From Aestuariivirga sp. (GTDB lineage Bacteria > Pseudomonadota > Alphaproteobacteria > Rhizobiales > Aestuariivirgaceae): a DNA stretch of 64,000 nt. Shown here in pieces: positions 47,311-58,760 of the stretch. The stretch is from contig JAUXUN010000084.1 in assembly GCA_030680855.1 (NCBI GenBank), positions 54,079-118,078 on the forward strand. Direction: 5' to 3'. The notes under the pieces were generated by a model. The model searched no databases. It saw only the letters and a list, made by a program, of their open reading frames with translations, and was not told the DNA's origin. The position numbers were made by a program, and so were the translations under genes. Positions within the stretch are counted from its first letter, which is position 1, and every line of letters begins with the position of its first letter.

Positions 47311-48867
47311 ATGTCGCTCCTGAAATCGGCAGCAACCGTCGGCGGCTTTACCCTGCTTAGCCGGCTGCTTGGCTTTGTACGCGACCAGCTTATCGCCTTC
47401 ACGCTGGGAACCGGGCCCGTCGCCCAAGCATTTTTTGTCGCCCAAAGATTTCCAAACATGTTTCGCGCCCTGTTTGCCGAAGGGGCTTTCAATTCCGCCT
47501 TTGTGCCGCAGTTTGCGAGACGTATCGAAGGCGATGGGGAAAGCGCGGCGCATAAATTCGCAATAGAAATATTCTCTGCCCTGCTGGCCTGGCTCCTGGT
47601 GTTCACGGCCGTTGCGATGATCGCCATGCCCTGGCTCATCTATCTCATAGCACCAGGGTTTTCGAACGACGCGCAGAAGCTTCAGCTGACGGTTGAGCTG
47701 ACTCGGATTTGCTTTCCCTATCTGCTCTTCATGTCGCTCACGGCGTTGCAATCGGGAGTGCTTAACAGCCTCAACCGGTTTTCGGCGGCAGCGGCGGCAC
47801 CCATACTTCTCAACATATTCATGATCCTCGCAATCCTGATTTCATGGATTTTCGAAACGGGTGACAGCGCTCTAACCGGATACATCCTTGCTGCAGGTGT
47901 TTCCATGGCGGGCATTGCGCAGTTCCTGCTTCTGGCATTTGTCTGCAGGCGCGCCGGAATGCCGCTCGTTCCGAAATGGCCGGAATTTTCACCAGACGTC
48001 AAACGCGTTCTGGCGCTCTCAATTCCTGGAATAATTTCGGGCGGAATCATGCAGATCAACCTGCTCATCGCCACCGTTATTGCCACAAGCATAGACCGCG
48101 CGGTGGCCTATCTTTATTATGCGGACCGGCTTTACCAGCTTCCGCTTGGCGTCATTGTCGTGGCAATTGGCGTGGTATTGCTGCCGGATCTTTCACGCAA
48201 GCTCCGTGCGGGCGATGATCGTGCTGCGCTGAACAGCCAGAACCGGGCGCTGGAGCTCTCACTGTTTCTGACCGTTCCCGCCGCGATTGCCCTGATGACG
48301 ATCCCGGTGCCGATCATTCGTACGGTTCTTGAACATGGTGCATTCACTGCGGCCGATACACTCGCAGTGGCCCCCACGGTGCTGGCCTTTGCAACCGCAC
48401 TTCCTGCCTTTGCCATGACCAAGGTGTTCCAGCCCGGCTTCTATGCCCGCGAAGACACCAAGACACCGATGCAGTTTGCGGTCATTTCGGTGGCGATCAA
48501 TATTGCGGCAAGTCTGCTGCTGTCGCGCTGGTACGGCCATGTCGGCATTGCGGCTGCAACATCCATCGCGGCCTGGGCCAATGCCATCCTGCTTGCCACC
48601 GCATTGACGAGGCGCGGGCACTACCAGATGGATAGCCGTTTGAAGACAAGACTGCCCCGCATTCTCGTTTGCGGCCTACTTCTGGGGCTGCTGCTGCTTC
48701 TCGGCCTCTGGTTCCTGCAGGAAAATTTTGCCGAAACCGCAAGCTTCTCCAGTGCGGCCTGGGGATTGGTTGTTCTCGTATTTGGTGGGGCCACCGCCTA
48801 CTTTGCGTTGGCTCATTTCTCGGGTGCAATGAGCCTTGCAGAAATCAGGGCCGCGACAAAACGCTAA
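47311..48867 (+). CDS. murJ: Lipid II flippase MurJ
   Basis: SRLLGFVRD, FRALFAEGAF..AFVP, DRLYQLPLG, FYAREDTKTP motifs. Confidence 0.96.
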   Translation: MSLLKSAATVGGFTLLSRLLGFVRDQLIAFTLGTGPVAQAFFVAQRFPNMFRALFAEGAFNSAFVPQFARRIEGDGESAAHKFAIEIFSALLAWLLVFTAVAMIAMPWLIYLIAPGFSNDAQKLQLTVELTRICFPYLLFMSLTALQSGVLNSLNRFSAAAAAPILLNIFMILAILISWIFETGDSALTGYILAAGVSMAGIAQFLLLAFVCRRAGMPLVPKWPEFSPDVKRVLALSIPGIISGGIMQINLLIATVIATSIDRAVAYLYYADRLYQLPLGVIVVAIGVVLLPDLSRKLRAGDDRAALNSQNRALELSLFLTVPAAIALMTIPVPIIRTVLEHGAFTAADTLAVAPTVLAFATALPAFAMTKVFQPGFYAREDTKTPMQFAVISVAINIAASLLLSRWYGHVGIAAATSIAAWANAILLATALTRRGHYQMDSRLKTRLPRILVCGLLLGLLLLLGLWFLQENFAETASFSSAAWGLVVLVFGGATAYFALAHFSGAMSLAEIRAATKR

Positions 48868-48929
48868 CTCTTTTCAAGTGGTGCAATTGCGGGCATAAGG
48901 CGGCCTGATCAGTCCACAGGATTTCCTTG

Positions 48930-49967
48930 ATGACCACTTTCACCCCACGGGTTTTCTCCGGCATGCAGCCCACGGGCAATTTGCACCTCGGCAATTATCT
49001 CGGCGCCATGCTGAACTGGATCAAACTGCAGGAAACCCAGGAATGCATCTATTGCGTGGTCGACATGCATGCCATCACCCTGTGGCAGGAGCCGAAGGAA
49101 CTGCACAAGGCCATTCTTGAAGTAACGGCGGCCTATCTGGCTTGCGGGCTGGACCCGAAACGCTCGATCATTTTCAACCAGAGCCAAGTGCAGGAACATG
49201 CGGAACTGGCCTGGATCTTCAACTGCGTGGCGCGCATGGGCTGGCTCAACCGGATGACCCAGTTCAAGGAAAAGGCCGGCAAGGACAAGGAGCAGGCCTC
49301 GGTGGGGCTCTATGTTTATCCCAACCTCATGGCGGCGGACATCCTGGCCTACAAGGCAACCCATGTGCCGGTTGGCGAAGACCAGAAGCAACATCTGGAG
49401 CTGGCGCGCGATATCGCCGGAAAATTCAACCTGGATTTCGGCGATGCCATCCGTGAGGCTGGCTACAACGGCGATTTTTTTCCGCTGCCGGAACCCTTCA
49501 TTATCGGGCCTGCTACCCGCGTCATGTCGCTGCGCGACGGGGCAAAGAAAATGTCGAAATCGGACCCCTCTGACCTTTCCCGCATCAATTTGTCCGACGA
49601 TGCTGACACGATTGCCCGCAAGATCCGTAAGGCCAAGACCGATACGGACGGCCTGCCTTCGGAGGCGGCCGGGCTTAAGGGCCGGCCGGAAGCAGAAAAC
49701 CTTGTTGGCATCCATGCGGCCCTGTCGGGCCAGTCGGTGGAGCAGGTTCTGGCCCAATTCGGCGGCGGACAGTTTTCCCGCCTGAAGGAAGCCCTGGCCG
49801 AATTGTCAGTCGCCAAGCTTGGCCCTATTGGCCGGGAAACCAGGCGTTTGAAGGCAGATCCTGGCCATGTTGAGGGTATTTTGGCGGATGGCTCGGCCCG
49901 GGCCCGGGCCATTGCGGCGCCAATCCTGCGGGAAGTTCGTAAAATTGTCGGTTTTGTTGTCTCTTAG
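48930..49967 (+). CDS. trpS: Tryptophan--tRNA ligase
   Basis: [27 protein letters not shown] motifs. Confidence 0.98.
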   Translation: MTTFTPRVFSGMQPTGNLHLGNYLGAMLNWIKLQETQECIYCVVDMHAITLWQEPKELHKAILEVTAAYLACGLDPKRSIIFNQSQVQEHAELAWIFNCVARMGWLNRMTQFKEKAGKDKEQASVGLYVYPNLMAADILAYKATHVPVGEDQKQHLELARDIAGKFNLDFGDAIREAGYNGDFFPLPEPFIIGPATRVMSLRDGAKKMSKSDPSDLSRINLSDDADTIARKIRKAKTDTDGLPSEAAGLKGRPEAENLVGIHAALSGQSVEQVLAQFGGGQFSRLKEALAELSVAKLGPIGRETRRLKADPGHVEGILADGSARARAIAAPILREVRKIVGFVVS

Positions 49968-49980
49968 CGCGCCGCAACAG

Positions 49981-50008
49981 TTTGAAATGATTCCAAACTA
50001 GCCTATAT
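49981..50008 (+). promoter_or_regulatory. RpoH-like promoter of nfu
   Basis: TTTGAA-N15-CCTATAT. Confidence 0.7.
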
Positions 50009-50028
50009 AGAGGGGCAGAGGACATATC

Positions 50029-50589
50029 ATGTTTATTCAGACCGAAGCCACGCCAAACCCTGCCACCCTGAAGTTCATTCCGGGAAAGCCCGTGCTGCCT
50101 GGTTCAACACGCGAGTACCGCGCGGCGGACGAGGCCGGCGACTGCGCCCTGGCCCAACAGCTGTTCACGATTTCCGGCGTTTCAGGCGTTTTCCTGGGAC
50201 AGGACTTCATCACGGTCAGCAAGAGCAAAGGCGAATGGCAGCATCTCAAGCCCGCCATCCTCGGCCATATCATGGACCATTACCTGTCAAATTCACCCAT
50301 GCTGGTGGGCGAGAAGCCCATCACGGTGACCGACAGCGGCGAATTTTTTGACGAGTCGGACAGGGCTATTGTCGGCACCATCAAGGAACTTCTGGAAACC
50401 CGCGTCCGGCCAGCGGTTGCGCAGGATGGCGGTGACATCACTTTTCATGGCTTCAAGGAAGGCGTTGTCTTTCTCAACATGAAGGGCTCATGCGCGGGCT
50501 GCCCGAGTTCAACCGCCACGCTCAAGCACGGCATCGAGAACCTGTTGCGGCACTTCGTTCCGGAAGTCACCGAGGTCCGCCCGGTTTGA
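50029..50589 (+). CDS. NifU/Nfu Fe-S cluster carrier protein
   Basis: MFIQTEATPNPATLKF, RPAVAQDGGDI, GSCAGCPSS (CxxC). Confidence 0.95.
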   Translation: MFIQTEATPNPATLKFIPGKPVLPGSTREYRAADEAGDCALAQQLFTISGVSGVFLGQDFITVSKSKGEWQHLKPAILGHIMDHYLSNSPMLVGEKPITVTDSGEFFDESDRAIVGTIKELLETRVRPAVAQDGGDITFHGFKEGVVFLNMKGSCAGCPSSTATLKHGIENLLRHFVPEVTEVRPV

Positions 50590-50591
50590 GC

Positions 50592-51365
50592 CTATCGATT
50601 TTTGAAAACGGGTTTGCGCTTTTCAACGAAGGCGGCCATCCCCTCTTTTTGATCGTCCAGCGCGAACAGCGAATGCATCAGGCGGCGCTCAAAACGGAGG
50701 CCCTCGGCAAGGCTCGTTTCAAAGGCGCGGTTCACCGCTTCTTTCGCCATCATGACAACGGGCTGGGAGAACGCCGCGATCTTCGCGGCGGTCGCCACGG
50801 CCTCATCCAATAGTTTTTCGGGCGCAACGATGCGCGACACCAATCCGCAACGCTCCGCCTCGGCGGATTCCATCAAACGGCCTGTCAGAATCATGTCCAT
50901 GGCCTTGGCCTTGCCAATAAAGCGCGCAAGCCTTTGTGTGCCACCGGCACCTGGCATGACCCCTAAGGTAATTTCCGGTTGGCCGAACCTTGCCGTATCG
51001 GACGCGATAATGAAATCGCACATCAATGCCAGTTCGCAGCCGCCGCCCAGGCAATAGCCAGAAACGGCGGCGATCACGGGCTTGCGGAACTCCGCAACCC
51101 TGTCCCACGCCGACAGAAAATTTCCGAGATAGACATCGGTAAAACTTTTGTCCTTCATCTCGCGGATATCAGCGCCGGCGGCAAAGGCCTTGTCACTGCC
51201 TGCGATAATCACGCAGCCAATGGCAGCGTCTTCCTGAAAATTTGAAAGGGCCTGGTTCAACTCATCAATAAGCTGCTCATTCAGGGCATTCAGCGCCTTT
51301 GGCCGGTTGAGGGTAATGATTCCCACGGCATCCCGGGTCTCGCTGATGATGTTTTCATAGGCCAT
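50592..51365 (-). CDS. Enoyl-CoA hydratase
   Basis: [39 protein letters not shown] motifs. Confidence 0.95.
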   Translation of the reverse strand: MAYENIISETRDAVGIITLNRPKALNALNEQLIDELNQALSNFQEDAAIGCVIIAGSDKAFAAGADIREMKDKSFTDVYLGNFLSAWDRVAEFRKPVIAAVSGYCLGGGCELALMCDFIIASDTARFGQPEITLGVMPGAGGTQRLARFIGKAKAMDMILTGRLMESAEAERCGLVSRIVAPEKLLDEAVATAAKIAAFSQPVVMMAKEAVNRAFETSLAEGLRFERRLMHSLFALDDQKEGMAAFVEKRKPVFKNR

Positions 51366-51374
51366 ATTGATTTC

Positions 51375-52268
51375 CTATTTCTGGCAGGACGGGCAGTAAA
51401 AGGTTGAGCGTCCCGACTGCACTATACGACGTACGGTACCACGGCAACCCGGGGTCTGGCATTTTTCACCGGCACGGTCGTAAACCGCGAAACGCTGCTG
51501 AAAAGCCCCTTCGCTGCCGTCGGTAGAGGAAAAGTCCCGCAGGGTCGAGCCGCCCGCCGCAATGGCCTCGTTCAGGATATCCCGGATATGGCGGACAACA
51601 TCATTCAGGCGGTCATCGTGCGTGCTTTTCCGGACCAGGGTTCCCGCCTTGCGCCGGGGTGAAAGGCGGCTACGGTGCAGCACCTCGCTCACATAGATGT
51701 TGCCCAGCCCCGCAATGATCCGTTGATCGAGCAGGGCGGCTTTCAGGGGGGCTGATTTCTTCCTGAACCGGCTTGCCAGAAAGTCGGCGCTGAATTCATT
51801 GCCGAGGGGCTCCACGCCTATATCTTTTAGAAGCTTGTGGCTTGCCATTTCATTTTCATGAAGAAGGTCCATGACGCCGAAGCGGCGATGGTCGGTGTAG
51901 ATAATCTGCACGCCATTATCGAGGAGGAAAACCACATGGTCATGGGGGCCGGAACCGGCGCCATCGGCACTCGGCTCAAAATAGAATTCTCCCAGTTTGT
52001 TTGGCCGGGCGTTTTCATCCAGAACCGTGAAGCGCCCGGTCATGCCGAGATGCACCAAAAGGCAATGGCCGTCGTCAAGGTTAACCAGAATATACTTGGC
52101 CCGGCGCTGCAGGCCCATGACGTGCCTGCCCGTCAGCCGGGCCGCGAAACCAGCCGGAAAGGGAAAGCGCAGTCCGGCCCTGCGAAGCTCCACGCCGGCA
52201 ATGGAACGGCCAGCGAGGACCGGGCTAAGTCCGCGCATAACAGTTTCAACTTCGGGAAGTTCCGGCAT
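51375..52268 (-). CDS. mutM: Formamidopyrimidine-DNA glycosylase
   Basis: MPELPEVE, HLGMTG, GLGNIY, C-terminal zinc finger RSTFYCPSCQ. Confidence 0.97.
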   Translation of the reverse strand: MPELPEVETVMRGLSPVLAGRSIAGVELRRAGLRFPFPAGFAARLTGRHVMGLQRRAKYILVNLDDGHCLLVHLGMTGRFTVLDENARPNKLGEFYFEPSADGAGSGPHDHVVFLLDNGVQIIYTDHRRFGVMDLLHENEMASHKLLKDIGVEPLGNEFSADFLASRFRKKSAPLKAALLDQRIIAGLGNIYVSEVLHRSRLSPRRKAGTLVRKSTHDDRLNDVVRHIRDILNEAIAAGGSTLRDFSSTDGSEGAFQQRFAVYDRAGEKCQTPGCRGTVRRIVQSGRSTFYCPSCQK

Positions 52269-52342
52269 GATTGTTAAGCAATAAGCGTTAAGCCGCCACA
52301 CTGGCAATAGAACTCATGAAACCTTTGGTTTATGATGGCTCC

Positions 52343-53107
52343 ATGATTGAACCTGTTGAAAAAGACGTGGACTTCGGCTTTCGCCGGGTGGGCGAAAACG
52401 AGAAGCAAGGCCTGGTCAATGAGGTCTTTTCCAAGGCCGCCGAACGCTATGACCAGATGAATGACCTGATGTCGGGGGGTCTGCACCGGTTCTGGAAGGA
52501 CGATCTTGTCACCCTGCTTAACCCGCCGCGAAAATCTGGGCCTTTCAGGGTGCTTGATGTGGCGGGCGGCACGGGCGATGTGGCCTTCCGCATTGCCCGG
52601 GCGGGCGGGGCTGGAACCCATGTGTCAGTTGCCGATATTTCTCCTGAAATGGTGCATGCGGGCAAGAAACGCGCCGAACGCGAAGGCCTGCTTGACCGTT
52701 GCGACTTCACCGTGGGAAATGCCGAACGCCTGGCTTTTCCCGACCGGAGCTTTGATGCCTATACAATTGCCTTTGGCATTCGCAATGTCACCCATATTGA
52801 CCGGGCCCTGGCGGAAGCGCACCGCGTGTTGAAGCCGGGTGGGCATTTTCTCTGCCTGGAATTTTCCCATGTTGACATGGCGCTCCTTGAGAAAGCCTAT
52901 GACGCGTTTTCGTTCACGGTCATTCCAGCCGTTGGCAAGGTCGTCACCGGCGATGGCCAGCCCTACCGCTATCTGGTCGAGAGCATCCGCAAATTTCCCA
53001 AGCAGGATGACTTCAAGGCCATGATTGATGCGGCAGGCTTTGCCCGGACGAGCTATCGCAATCTTTCGGGCGGAATTGTCGCCATTCATTCGGGCTGGCG
53101 GATTTGA
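52343..53107 (+). CDS. ubiE: Ubiquinone/menaquinone C-methyltransferase UbiE
   Basis: [32 protein letters not shown] motifs. Start may be 52316. Confidence 0.96.
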   Translation: MIEPVEKDVDFGFRRVGENEKQGLVNEVFSKAAERYDQMNDLMSGGLHRFWKDDLVTLLNPPRKSGPFRVLDVAGGTGDVAFRIARAGGAGTHVSVADISPEMVHAGKKRAEREGLLDRCDFTVGNAERLAFPDRSFDAYTIAFGIRNVTHIDRALAEAHRVLKPGGHFLCLEFSHVDMALLEKAYDAFSFTVIPAVGKVVTGDGQPYRYLVESIRKFPKQDDFKAMIDAAGFARTSYRNLSGGIVAIHSGWRI

Positions 53108-54648
53108 TGATTTCAACGGTGAAAAATATGTGGCGGCTGGCCCGCGCCGGACGGACCATGGCGCGCTATGATTTTTTCCTGCAGCCCGAACAGGTTTCCG
53201 ACTTGCCATGGTTTGCACGGGCGCTTCTGAAAACTGCCAAATTTGGCGCCGCCGCACCGACGGTTGATTCCGGCAGCCGGGTGACCGCAGCACTTTCGTC
53301 GCTTGGACCGAGCTACATCAAGCTTGGGCAATTTCTGTCAACCCGCCCGGACGTGATTGGCGCCAAGCGGGCCTTTGAATTGAAATCCCTGCAGGACCGC
53401 CTGCCGCCCTTCAGCATGACGGAGGCGCGCGACACCATCCGGCTCAATCTTGGCCAGAGCGTTGAAGGGCTGTTCAAAGAGTTTGGCGAGCCGGTTGCCG
53501 CAGCATCGATTGCGCAGGTTCACAAGGCAACAACAAAAGACGGAGAATTGGTCGCGGTCAAGATCCTGCGTCCCGGGGTTGAGAAGCGCTTTGCCGATGA
53601 CCTCTCAAGTTTCTTTTTTGCGGCGCGGATGATGGAGCGGTTCTCACGCGAGGCACAACGCTTGCGCCCCGTGGCCGCGGTTGAAATGCTCGAGCATTCC
53701 ATGAAGCTCGAACTTGACCTCCGCATGGAGGCGTCGGCCATTTCGGAAATGGCCAAGGCAACCGTTGATGATCCGAATTTCCGCCTGCCAACGGTCAACT
53801 GGCCGCTCACCGCCCGCCAGGTTCTGACGACCGAATGGATTGAAGGCACGCCCATTGCGGATATCGCAACCCTGCGGACGAAGGGCTTCGATCTCAAGGC
53901 GCTGGGTGACAACATCATCCAGAGCTTCCTGCGCCATGCCATTCGTGACGGGTTCTTCCATGCTGACATGCATCAGGGAAATCTTTTCGTCGATGCAAAC
54001 GGCCATCTTGTGGTGGTGGACTTCGGCATCATGGGCAGGCTGAGCGAGGGCGACCGCCTTTTCCTCGCTGAAATTCTTTTTGGCTTCATCACGCGGGACT
54101 ACACGCGGGTCTCCCAGGTGCATTTCGATGCGGGCTATGTACCGCGTGACCAGGATGTAGCCGATTTCGCCCAGGCGCTGCGCGCCATCGGCGAGCCCAT
54201 CATGGGCCTTGCGGCAAATGAAATCTCCATGGCGCGGCTTTTGACCCAGCTTTTTGAAGTGACGGGGCAGTTCAACATGGTGACCCAGCCGCAACTCCTG
54301 CTGCTGCAAAAGACCATGGTTGTGGTTGAAGGGGTTGCCCGCACCCTTAACCCGGAGCTCAACATGTGGATTACCGCGGAGCCCGTGGTCAGAAGCTGGA
54401 TCGAACGGAAGCTGGGGCCCATCGGCAAGCTGGAAGGGGCCGTGCAAAGTGCGGCTTCGCTTGGCCGCCTGGCCTCCATGCTGCCTGATGTGGTGACCGA
54501 AATCGTGCAATCCGGCAGCATCAAGCTCGACACCGACACGACAAACCGCATTGCCATCGCCCACCATCACGCAAACCGCTTCCAGCGCTATGCTGTTATG
54601 GCAGGGGCGGCTGCGCTGGTGGCAATCGCCCTCAAACTCGTCCTTTAA
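53107..54648 (+). CDS. ubiB: Ubiquinone biosynthesis kinase-like protein UbiB
   Basis: LGPSYIKLGQ, AASIAQVH, VAVK, GFFHADMHQGN, DFGIMG motifs. Confidence 0.96.
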   Translation: MISTVKNMWRLARAGRTMARYDFFLQPEQVSDLPWFARALLKTAKFGAAAPTVDSGSRVTAALSSLGPSYIKLGQFLSTRPDVIGAKRAFELKSLQDRLPPFSMTEARDTIRLNLGQSVEGLFKEFGEPVAAASIAQVHKATTKDGELVAVKILRPGVEKRFADDLSSFFFAARMMERFSREAQRLRPVAAVEMLEHSMKLELDLRMEASAISEMAKATVDDPNFRLPTVNWPLTARQVLTTEWIEGTPIADIATLRTKGFDLKALGDNIIQSFLRHAIRDGFFHADMHQGNLFVDANGHLVVVDFGIMGRLSEGDRLFLAEILFGFITRDYTRVSQVHFDAGYVPRDQDVADFAQALRAIGEPIMGLAANEISMARLLTQLFEVTGQFNMVTQPQLLLLQKTMVVVEGVARTLNPELNMWITAEPVVRSWIERKLGPIGKLEGAVQSAASLGRLASMLPDVVTEIVQSGSIKLDTDTTNRIAIAHHHANRFQRYAVMAGAAALVAIALKLVL

Positions 54649-54678
54649 GAAAGTGCGTTTAATCGCTACATTGGCACC

Positions 54679-55896
54679 ATGACCGCAGTCTCGGGAAAAA
54701 CAATACTTCTCATCATTGGGGGCGGAATTGCCGCCTATAAGTCCCTTGAATTGATCCGTCTACTGACGGGCAAGGGGGTGAGCGTCCGCACCATCATGAC
54801 CAAGGCGGCGGAAGAGTTTGTTACGCCCCTGTCGGTTGCCAGCCTCACCAGGCAAAAGGTTCACACGGCGCTGTTCAATCTCACCGATGAAGTTGAAATG
54901 GGCCATATTGAATTGTCGCGTGCGGCGGACCTGCTGATTGTGGCGCCCGCCACGGCGAACCTCTTGGCCAAGATGGCCCATGGCCAGGCCAATGATCTTG
55001 CCTCGACGACGCTGCTTGCCACGGACAAGCCAGTGCTGATCGCCCCCGCCATGAATGTGCGGATGTGGCATCACGCGGCAACCCAGCGCAATCTTCAGCA
55101 ATTGAAGCGCGATGGCATTCTCTTGGTCGGTCCCAATGAGGGCGACATGGCCTGCGGCGAGTATGGGCTGGGGCGCATGGCAGAACCTGCCGAGATTGTT
55201 GCGGCAATTGAAGCGGCACTGGCTCCCAAAGCACAACCTCTCAAGGGCAAGAAGGTGCTGATCACCGCAGGGCCCACACGCGAAGCCATTGACCCGGTGC
55301 GCTACATTTCCAATTATTCTTCCGGCAAGCAAGGCTATGCCATTGCCGCTGCGGCGGTAGCGCTCGGGGCCGAAACGGTTCTGGTTTCGGGACCTGTTGA
55401 CCTGCCAATTCCTCCCGGCGTGCAGATGATCCCGGTGACAAGTGCTGTTGAAATGCTGGCGGCAAGCGAGCGCGAGCTTCCCTGTGACATCGCCATCTTC
55501 ACCGCCGCGGTTGCCGATTGGCGCGTAGCGGAAGAGAAAGGCCAGAAGATCAAGAAGGATAAGAGCGGTATTCCTTCGCTGCAACTGGTGGAAAATCCTG
55601 ACGTCCTGCAAACCATTGCCAAACGCACAGCGAAGCGGCCAAAGCTTGTTGTCGGCTTTGCGGCAGAAACTGAAAACCTCGTGGAAAATGCCCGCGAGAA
55701 GCTCAAGAAAAAAGGCTGTGACCTGATTGTCGCCAATGATGTGAGCAAAGAGCGCGGGGTTTTTGGCAGCGATAAAAACACCGTGCAACTCGTTTCGGCT
55801 TCCGGTGTTGAAAGCTGGGGGCTTCTGTCGAAGCAGGATGTGGCGCAGCGTTTGATGGCTCAACTCGCCGCGCAATTTACAACAGGCAAGGCATGA
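54679..55896 (+). CDS. coaBC: Bifunctional CoaBC
   Basis: [40 protein letters not shown] motifs. Confidence 0.97.
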   Translation: MTAVSGKTILLIIGGGIAAYKSLELIRLLTGKGVSVRTIMTKAAEEFVTPLSVASLTRQKVHTALFNLTDEVEMGHIELSRAADLLIVAPATANLLAKMAHGQANDLASTTLLATDKPVLIAPAMNVRMWHHAATQRNLQQLKRDGILLVGPNEGDMACGEYGLGRMAEPAEIVAAIEAALAPKAQPLKGKKVLITAGPTREAIDPVRYISNYSSGKQGYAIAAAAVALGAETVLVSGPVDLPIPPGVQMIPVTSAVEMLAASERELPCDIAIFTAAVADWRVAEEKGQKIKKDKSGIPSLQLVENPDVLQTIAKRTAKRPKLVVGFAAETENLVENAREKLKKKGCDLIVANDVSKERGVFGSDKNTVQLVSASGVESWGLLSKQDVAQRLMAQLAAQFTTGKA

Positions 55897-56333
55897 CTCG
55901 CTTGAGGATCATGCGGCTGGCCAATGGCGAGAATCTTCCGCTGCCCGCCTATGAATCGCCGGGTGCCGCGGGCATGGATCTTCGTGCCGCTGAAGATACA
56001 ATTCTGAGACCCGGCGGGCGCTTCCTGATGCCCACGGGTTTTGCCATAGCACTTCCCGATCACCATGAAGCGCAGGTGCGGCCCCGGTCCGGACTTGCAG
56101 TCAAGCATGGCGTCACCGTTCTGAACGCGCCGGGCACGATCGACAGCGATTACCGCGGCGAAATCAAGGTGCCTTTGATCAATCACGGTACGGCGGATTT
56201 TATCATCAAGCGCGGCGACCGCATCGCCCAGATGATTGTGGCCACGGTGGCGCGCGCCACATTGCACGAAGTTGCGGCGCTTGATGATACGGCGCGGGGA
56301 AACAATGGTTTTGGTTCATCAGGAGTCCGCTGA
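55893..56333 (+). CDS. dut: dUTP diphosphatase
   Basis: [33 protein letters not shown] motifs. Confidence 0.97.
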   Translation: MTRLRIMRLANGENLPLPAYESPGAAGMDLRAAEDTILRPGGRFLMPTGFAIALPDHHEAQVRPRSGLAVKHGVTVLNAPGTIDSDYRGEIKVPLINHGTADFIIKRGDRIAQMIVATVARATLHEVAALDDTARGNNGFGSSGVR

Positions 56334-57124
56334 TGGCGTTGTCACCGGATGAACTTGAACGCTACGCCCGGCATATCGTCATGCCCGAGGTTGGCGGCCC
56401 GGGGCAGGCAAAGCTGATCAATGCAAAGGTTCTGGTCATCGGGGCCGGCGGCCTTGGCGCACCGGCGCTGCTTTATCTCGCGGCGGCAGGAATTGGCACC
56501 ATCGGCATCTGTGACAACGACACGGTGAGCCTTTCAAACCTCCAGCGCCAGGTTGTCCATACAACTGCGGCGGTAGGAGAATTTAAAACGAAAAGCGCCA
56601 AGGCGACTTTGCAGGCGATCAATCCGCATCCCAAAATCATTGAGCATCGCCTGCGCCTTGATGCTTCAAACGCGCTCGACATCATCCAGCAGTACGACAT
56701 CGTTGCCGATGGCTGTGATAATTTCCCCACACGGTTCCTGGTCAGTGACGCCTGCTATTTTGCAAGAAAGCCTTTAGTCTCCGCCGCCGTGGGCCAGTTC
56801 GACGGGCAGATTTCAACCTTCAAGCCCTATGAAAAGGCGCCCTCGGGCGAGCCGTGGCCAACCTATCGCTGCTTTATCGGCGAACTTCCGGAAAGGGGGC
56901 TTTTTCCGGCCTGCGAAGAAGTGGGCATCTTGGGAGCGCTTCCCGGCATCGTGGGTTCCATGCAGGCCATGGAAGTGATCAAGGAAATCCTCGGGATCGG
57001 CGACAGCCTGACGGGCCGCCTTGTCATGTACGATGCCCTGGCAACGCGGTTTTATGAAACCAAATTGTCGTGGAACCCGGACAATCCCCTCACCGGCCGG
57101 AAGCCCACGATCTTCTCGCTGTGA
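56333..57124 (+). CDS. moeB: MoeB/ThiF-family adenylyltransferase
   Basis: RYARH, VIGAGGLG, SNLQRQ, DGCDNF.TR motifs; the usual CxxC zinc ligands are only partly present. Confidence 0.85.
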   Translation: MALSPDELERYARHIVMPEVGGPGQAKLINAKVLVIGAGGLGAPALLYLAAAGIGTIGICDNDTVSLSNLQRQVVHTTAAVGEFKTKSAKATLQAINPHPKIIEHRLRLDASNALDIIQQYDIVADGCDNFPTRFLVSDACYFARKPLVSAAVGQFDGQISTFKPYEKAPSGEPWPTYRCFIGELPERGLFPACEEVGILGALPGIVGSMQAMEVIKEILGIGDSLTGRLVMYDALATRFYETKLSWNPDNPLTGRKPTIFSL

Positions 57125-57144
57125 TCGCAGACCTATATTTGAGA

Positions 57145-57164
57145 ATATAAAGAAATCTTTATGT
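57145..57164. promoter_or_regulatory. SahR-type palindromic operator upstream of ahcY
   Basis: ATATAAAGAAATCTTTATGT with core ATAAAGA-AA-TCTTTAT; resembles the ArsR-family SahR box recalled from comparative regulon studies. Confidence 0.6.
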
Positions 57165-57241
57165 CCTTATTGCAAGGCTCTGCAACGCCTGCTATAGGCA
57201 CGGCTTCAATCGTTAATTTCCCTGTTTTGGAGCACTCCCCC

Positions 57242-58648
57242 ATGGCCGCTTTCACTGATTATCATGTTGCCGACATCAAGCTTGCGGATTGGGGGCGCAA
57301 GGAGCTCGACATGGCCGAGGTTGAGATGCCGGGCCTGATGTCAACCCGGGAAGAATATGCCAAGGCCCAGCCGCTGAAGGGTGCGCGCATTTCCGGCTCG
57401 CTCCACATGACGATCCAGACCGCTGTTCTCATCGAAACCCTGAAGGCGCTGGGTGCAGACATCCGCTGGGCCTCGTGCAACATCTATTCGACCCAGGACC
57501 ATGCCGCCGCCGCCATTGCCGCCGCGGGCATTCCGGTTTTTGCCTTCAAGGGCGAGACGCTCAAGGAGTACTGGCAGTACACCGCAAAGATTTTCGACTG
57601 GGCCGATGGCCAGACGACCAACATGATCCTTGACGATGGCGGCGATGCAACGCTTTACATCCTGCTCGGCGCAAGGGCCGAGACTGATCCGAAACTCATC
57701 GCCTTCCCCAAAAGCGAGGAAGAGGAATGCCTCTATGCGGAGATCGCCAAGCGCCTGAAGGCCAGCCCCGGCTGGTTCAGCAAAGTGCGCGCTTCGATCA
57801 TTGGGGTATCGGAGGAAACCACCACAGGTGTCCATCGCCTCTATGAACTGCAGAAGAAAGGCGAGCTTCCCTTCCCTGCCATCAACGTGAACGACAGCGT
57901 CACCAAGTCGAAATTCGACAACAAGTATGGCTGCCGGGAATCGTTGGTGGATGCCATCCGGCGCGGCACGGACGTGATGATGGCCGGCAAGGTGGCGGTT
58001 GTCTGCGGCTATGGCGACGTCGGCAAGGGCTCGGCGCTTTCGCTTCGCGGTGCTGGGGCCCGCGTGGTGGTGACCGAGGTTGATCCCATCTGCGCGCTGC
58101 AGGCGGCGATGGATGGCTATTCCGTGCAAACCCTTTCGGATGTGGTAGGCAGCGCCGATATTTTTGTCACCGCGACGGGCAACAAGGACGTCATCACGGT
58201 TGATGACATGAAGCAGATGAAGGACATGGCCATCGTCTGCAACATCGGCCATTTCGACAATGAAATCCAGGTGGCCGAACTCAAGAACTTCCAGTGGACC
58301 AACATCAAGCCGCAGGTTGACCTCATACATTTCCCCAAGGGGAACCGCATTGTGCTTCTCTCGCAAGGACGCCTGGTCAATCTTGGCAATGCAACGGGGC
58401 ATCCGAGCTTTGTCATGTCGGCCTCGTTCACCAACCAGACGCTGGCGCAAATTGAGCTCTTCACCAATGCCAAGACGGGCAAGTACAAGAACGAGGTTTA
58501 TGTGCTGCCGAAGCATCTCGATGAAAAGGTGGCAAGCCTCCATCTGGAAAAGCTCGGGGTCAAGCTGACCAAGCTTCGCGATGATCAGGCGGCCTATATC
58601 GGGGTGACCCCCAGAGGCCCGTTCAAGCCTGATTATTACCGCTACTAG
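57242..58648 (+). CDS. ahcY: S-adenosylhomocysteine hydrolase
   Basis: [47 protein letters not shown] motifs. Confidence 0.98.
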   Translation: MAAFTDYHVADIKLADWGRKELDMAEVEMPGLMSTREEYAKAQPLKGARISGSLHMTIQTAVLIETLKALGADIRWASCNIYSTQDHAAAAIAAAGIPVFAFKGETLKEYWQYTAKIFDWADGQTTNMILDDGGDATLYILLGARAETDPKLIAFPKSEEEECLYAEIAKRLKASPGWFSKVRASIIGVSEETTTGVHRLYELQKKGELPFPAINVNDSVTKSKFDNKYGCRESLVDAIRRGTDVMMAGKVAVVCGYGDVGKGSALSLRGAGARVVVTEVDPICALQAAMDGYSVQTLSDVVGSADIFVTATGNKDVITVDDMKQMKDMAIVCNIGHFDNEIQVAELKNFQWTNIKPQVDLIHFPKGNRIVLLSQGRLVNLGNATGHPSFVMSASFTNQTLAQIELFTNAKTGKYKNEVYVLPKHLDEKVASLHLEKLGVKLTKLRDDQAAYIGVTPRGPFKPDYYRY

Positions 58649-58760
58649 ACAAGATATGGGGGGCTGCCTCGCTTCCCATGAAGTAGTTCCGACACGCTAT
58701 TTTTGAGTCTATATCTCCGGATGGGACAGATGCGGCCTGATTCGGGCCCGCATCTCGCAG

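Noticed and set aside
609-58543. Long antisense or alternate-frame ORFs (e.g. 609-1934, 2746-3831, 22618-23865, 24136-25323, 27138-28385, 57341-58543)
   Set aside because: They overlap well-supported genes on the other strand or frame and lack motifs; these are typical shadow ORFs of high-GC DNA.
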